A stretch of DNA of 64,000 bases from the NCBI GenBank assembly GCA_951406725.2, contig OX597825.1:60636001-60700000 (forward strand), written 5' to 3'. The stretch comes from Octopus vulgaris (taxonomy: Eukaryota). Below, piece by piece: positions 61,918 through 64,000 of the stretch. Within the stretch, counting starts at the first letter, position 1. Each line of letters opens with the position of its first letter. The translations under genes and the position numbers were made by a program. A model generated the notes under the pieces. That model had not been told where the DNA came from. It saw only the letters and a program-made list of their open reading frames with translations, and ran no database searches.

Positions 61918-63003
61918 TAGTTGAGGCACCAGCATATAGTACGGTGTTATCCATACAATTTCAAAGTAAGGTGATTAAAATCAAAATAAGCAACAAGGAT
62001 ATCCAGAGGTAATGCAGTACGATCGTTTCATGCAACTCCATTTAATTTAACAATACAATCATTTACATCAATTTAAATGCAGAGCAATCTACAAATGTCT
62101 TCAAATATATAATTAGCATATTCTTTTACCTCCTTTCTTAATACCATTATCTACTAATTAAGCAATATTCACAGATACCATACGATGAGTTAGTATTTAA
62201 GTGTACTATATGAATAAATATTAAATTATTTCTGGATAATTTCTTTCCCTCCCTCTATTGTGGTACACGTTTGGTATATACTCAAAAGTATTCATAAATT
62301 TCTATCCTTTTGTTATAATATTCTGCTTAATAATCCTCTGAATAACCCTAAACTTTAACTGTATGCAATATAGCAACATTGTTTAAAATATTTTAACTAT
62401 AATACTGTATGATAAGACTTCCCCTGTTTCATTATCAATGGTCTGCTAGTGGGCGGTCCCCTTAATTATCAGCTAACATCTTGTTTTAAGTTTTCCTTTA
62501 CCAACCTCATGATATTGCTTCTAATAAATCTTGATTTTTATAACTATACCAACTATAATGTCTGCTCCCTCTTCCCTACCCCTAACAGATACTACCCTCT
62601 GTTCTCTCAGCCTTAGATATACAAGGGATTTGATAAACTAGTCTATAAATTAAAACTGACCCCATAAAAACAAAAAAATTTGTGACAGAGTCTGTAACAA
62701 TGTATATCTTCTTGAAAATTCAGAAACTTCTAAACTGGAGCGAGACAGCATGTTCTTTGTCTATCTCCTTAACTTCCTGGAGGTTTTAGGTATAATTATA
62801 CTAATGAGTCCATCTGTTTGTGCATCTGAAGATTGCTCTGCATTTTAAATAGATGTAATGATTGCATTGTTCAATTAAATGGAGTTGCGTGAAACGATCG
62901 TACTGCATTACCTTTGGATATCCTTGTTGCTTATTTTGATTTTAATCACCTGACTTTGAAATTGTATGGATAATAATAGTACTAAATTCTGGTGCCTCAA
63001 CTT
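61918..63003. mobile_element. Penelope-like insertion with ~170 bp inverted terminal repeats
   Basis: 61918-62091 is the reverse complement of 62829-63003, and the arms contain a hammerhead core. The interior is degenerate with no recognisable ORF. Confidence 0.75.
62820..62908 (+). ncRNA. Type I hammerhead ribozyme motif with long stem II and palindromic stem III
   Basis: gtgcat-CTGAAGA(62826-62832)-58 nt-GAAAC-gatc-GTA-ctgcat. Stem I is tgca/tgca with a C.T mismatch at the first pair. Confidence 0.65.
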
Positions 63004-63069
63004 AAGTATCATATTCATCTGAATCTAAATTTTTGCTGAACTCATCTACCATACCCATATACATACATT

Positions 63070-63133
<64 letters not shown>

Positions 63134-64000
63134 CATATATACATACATACATACATTCATACAAACATATACATGGGTGTGCATGATTGTGTGTAGAAAA
63201 ATATATTACTCAAAGAAATTCCGACTTTGATATTCACGTTTTATTTACAATATCATAATAATATAATATAATATAATGAAATGATAGAATATTAAATGTC
63301 CATTGTGATTGAACTAGCAATTTCATGCATTATACTATGCAATCTTGTAGTAGTGATGACGGTTATGTTTTACAATTTATAACTGTAGTGAGATGGCTCA
63401 ACTGTGTGCCTTAAATACATTTGTTAATTTTGCAATCTGTATTCTGACCAATCAGTGTGTGGCTTTACTAAATTGCTTTAGTTGATTGGTATTTGGTCTA
63501 GGCGTCACGGTTTGTTGCACATGTCAAGAGAATTGTATTTCGACCCTGGTCAAAGCAATAATATTTGGGCTATTTTTAGAAATGTTGTAAACATTTACCA
63601 GGGATTTTTACATTTTAGTTATCATCATCACCATTATCATCTCCCTTATTATTGTTATCGTCGTCGTTGTTGTTGTTGTTGGTTGTGGTGGTGGTGGTGG
63701 TGGTAGGCGTAGCTGGGGTAATAGAACTTTAAACCCCAAAATATGATTATTTTTACTGACCTTCCTCTTGACCCAGCTAGTATTTTCCTGCTATCGTCAT
63801 CATGAGCACCTTTAGTATTGTTGCTGTTTTCAATGGTAGTGACGTAGCAGTAGAAATACTTCCTCTAAGTATTTTTATTATTGTTCATTTAGATTGGGTT
63901 GAAATTTATTAATAAATTTCTTTTCTCTGATTTTTCTCTCAATTGCACTCGGACTGTGTAGTTTGTGGAATGAAAATATTAATATTTTCCGATCACATGT

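Overview
This is an AT-rich eukaryotic window, dense in microsatellites and made almost entirely of repeats. From recall of the SINE families and the (TA/TG/ATT/TCTA)n load, I infer an octopus (coleoid cephalopod) genome, probably intronic or intergenic sequence. No intact host gene is recognisable, and most ORFs in the track are microsatellite artefacts. The window holds about 25 copies of four or five tRNA-derived SINE families, several with swapped heads and tails. DNA transposons include a near-full-length mariner with TIRs and TA TSD, three further mariner relics, a long-TIR Tc1 and a MITE containing TTAGGG. Retroelements include a 3 kb RTE LINE, CR1 and RTE fragments, a Gypsy pol remnant with its 3' LTR, and Penelope-like pieces (a GIY-YIG remnant and inverted terminal repeats carrying hammerhead ribozyme cores). 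Four observations stand out. (1) Two unrelated type I hammerhead motifs both have a U.U pair closing stem II. (2) A roughly 303 bp circularly permuted and inverted repeat is built round a tRNA-Thr(GGT)-like cloverleaf. (3) One SINE head/body is joined to three different tails. (4) A long hairpin has phased CTC/GAG internal loops. Family names are from recall and were not searched against any database.
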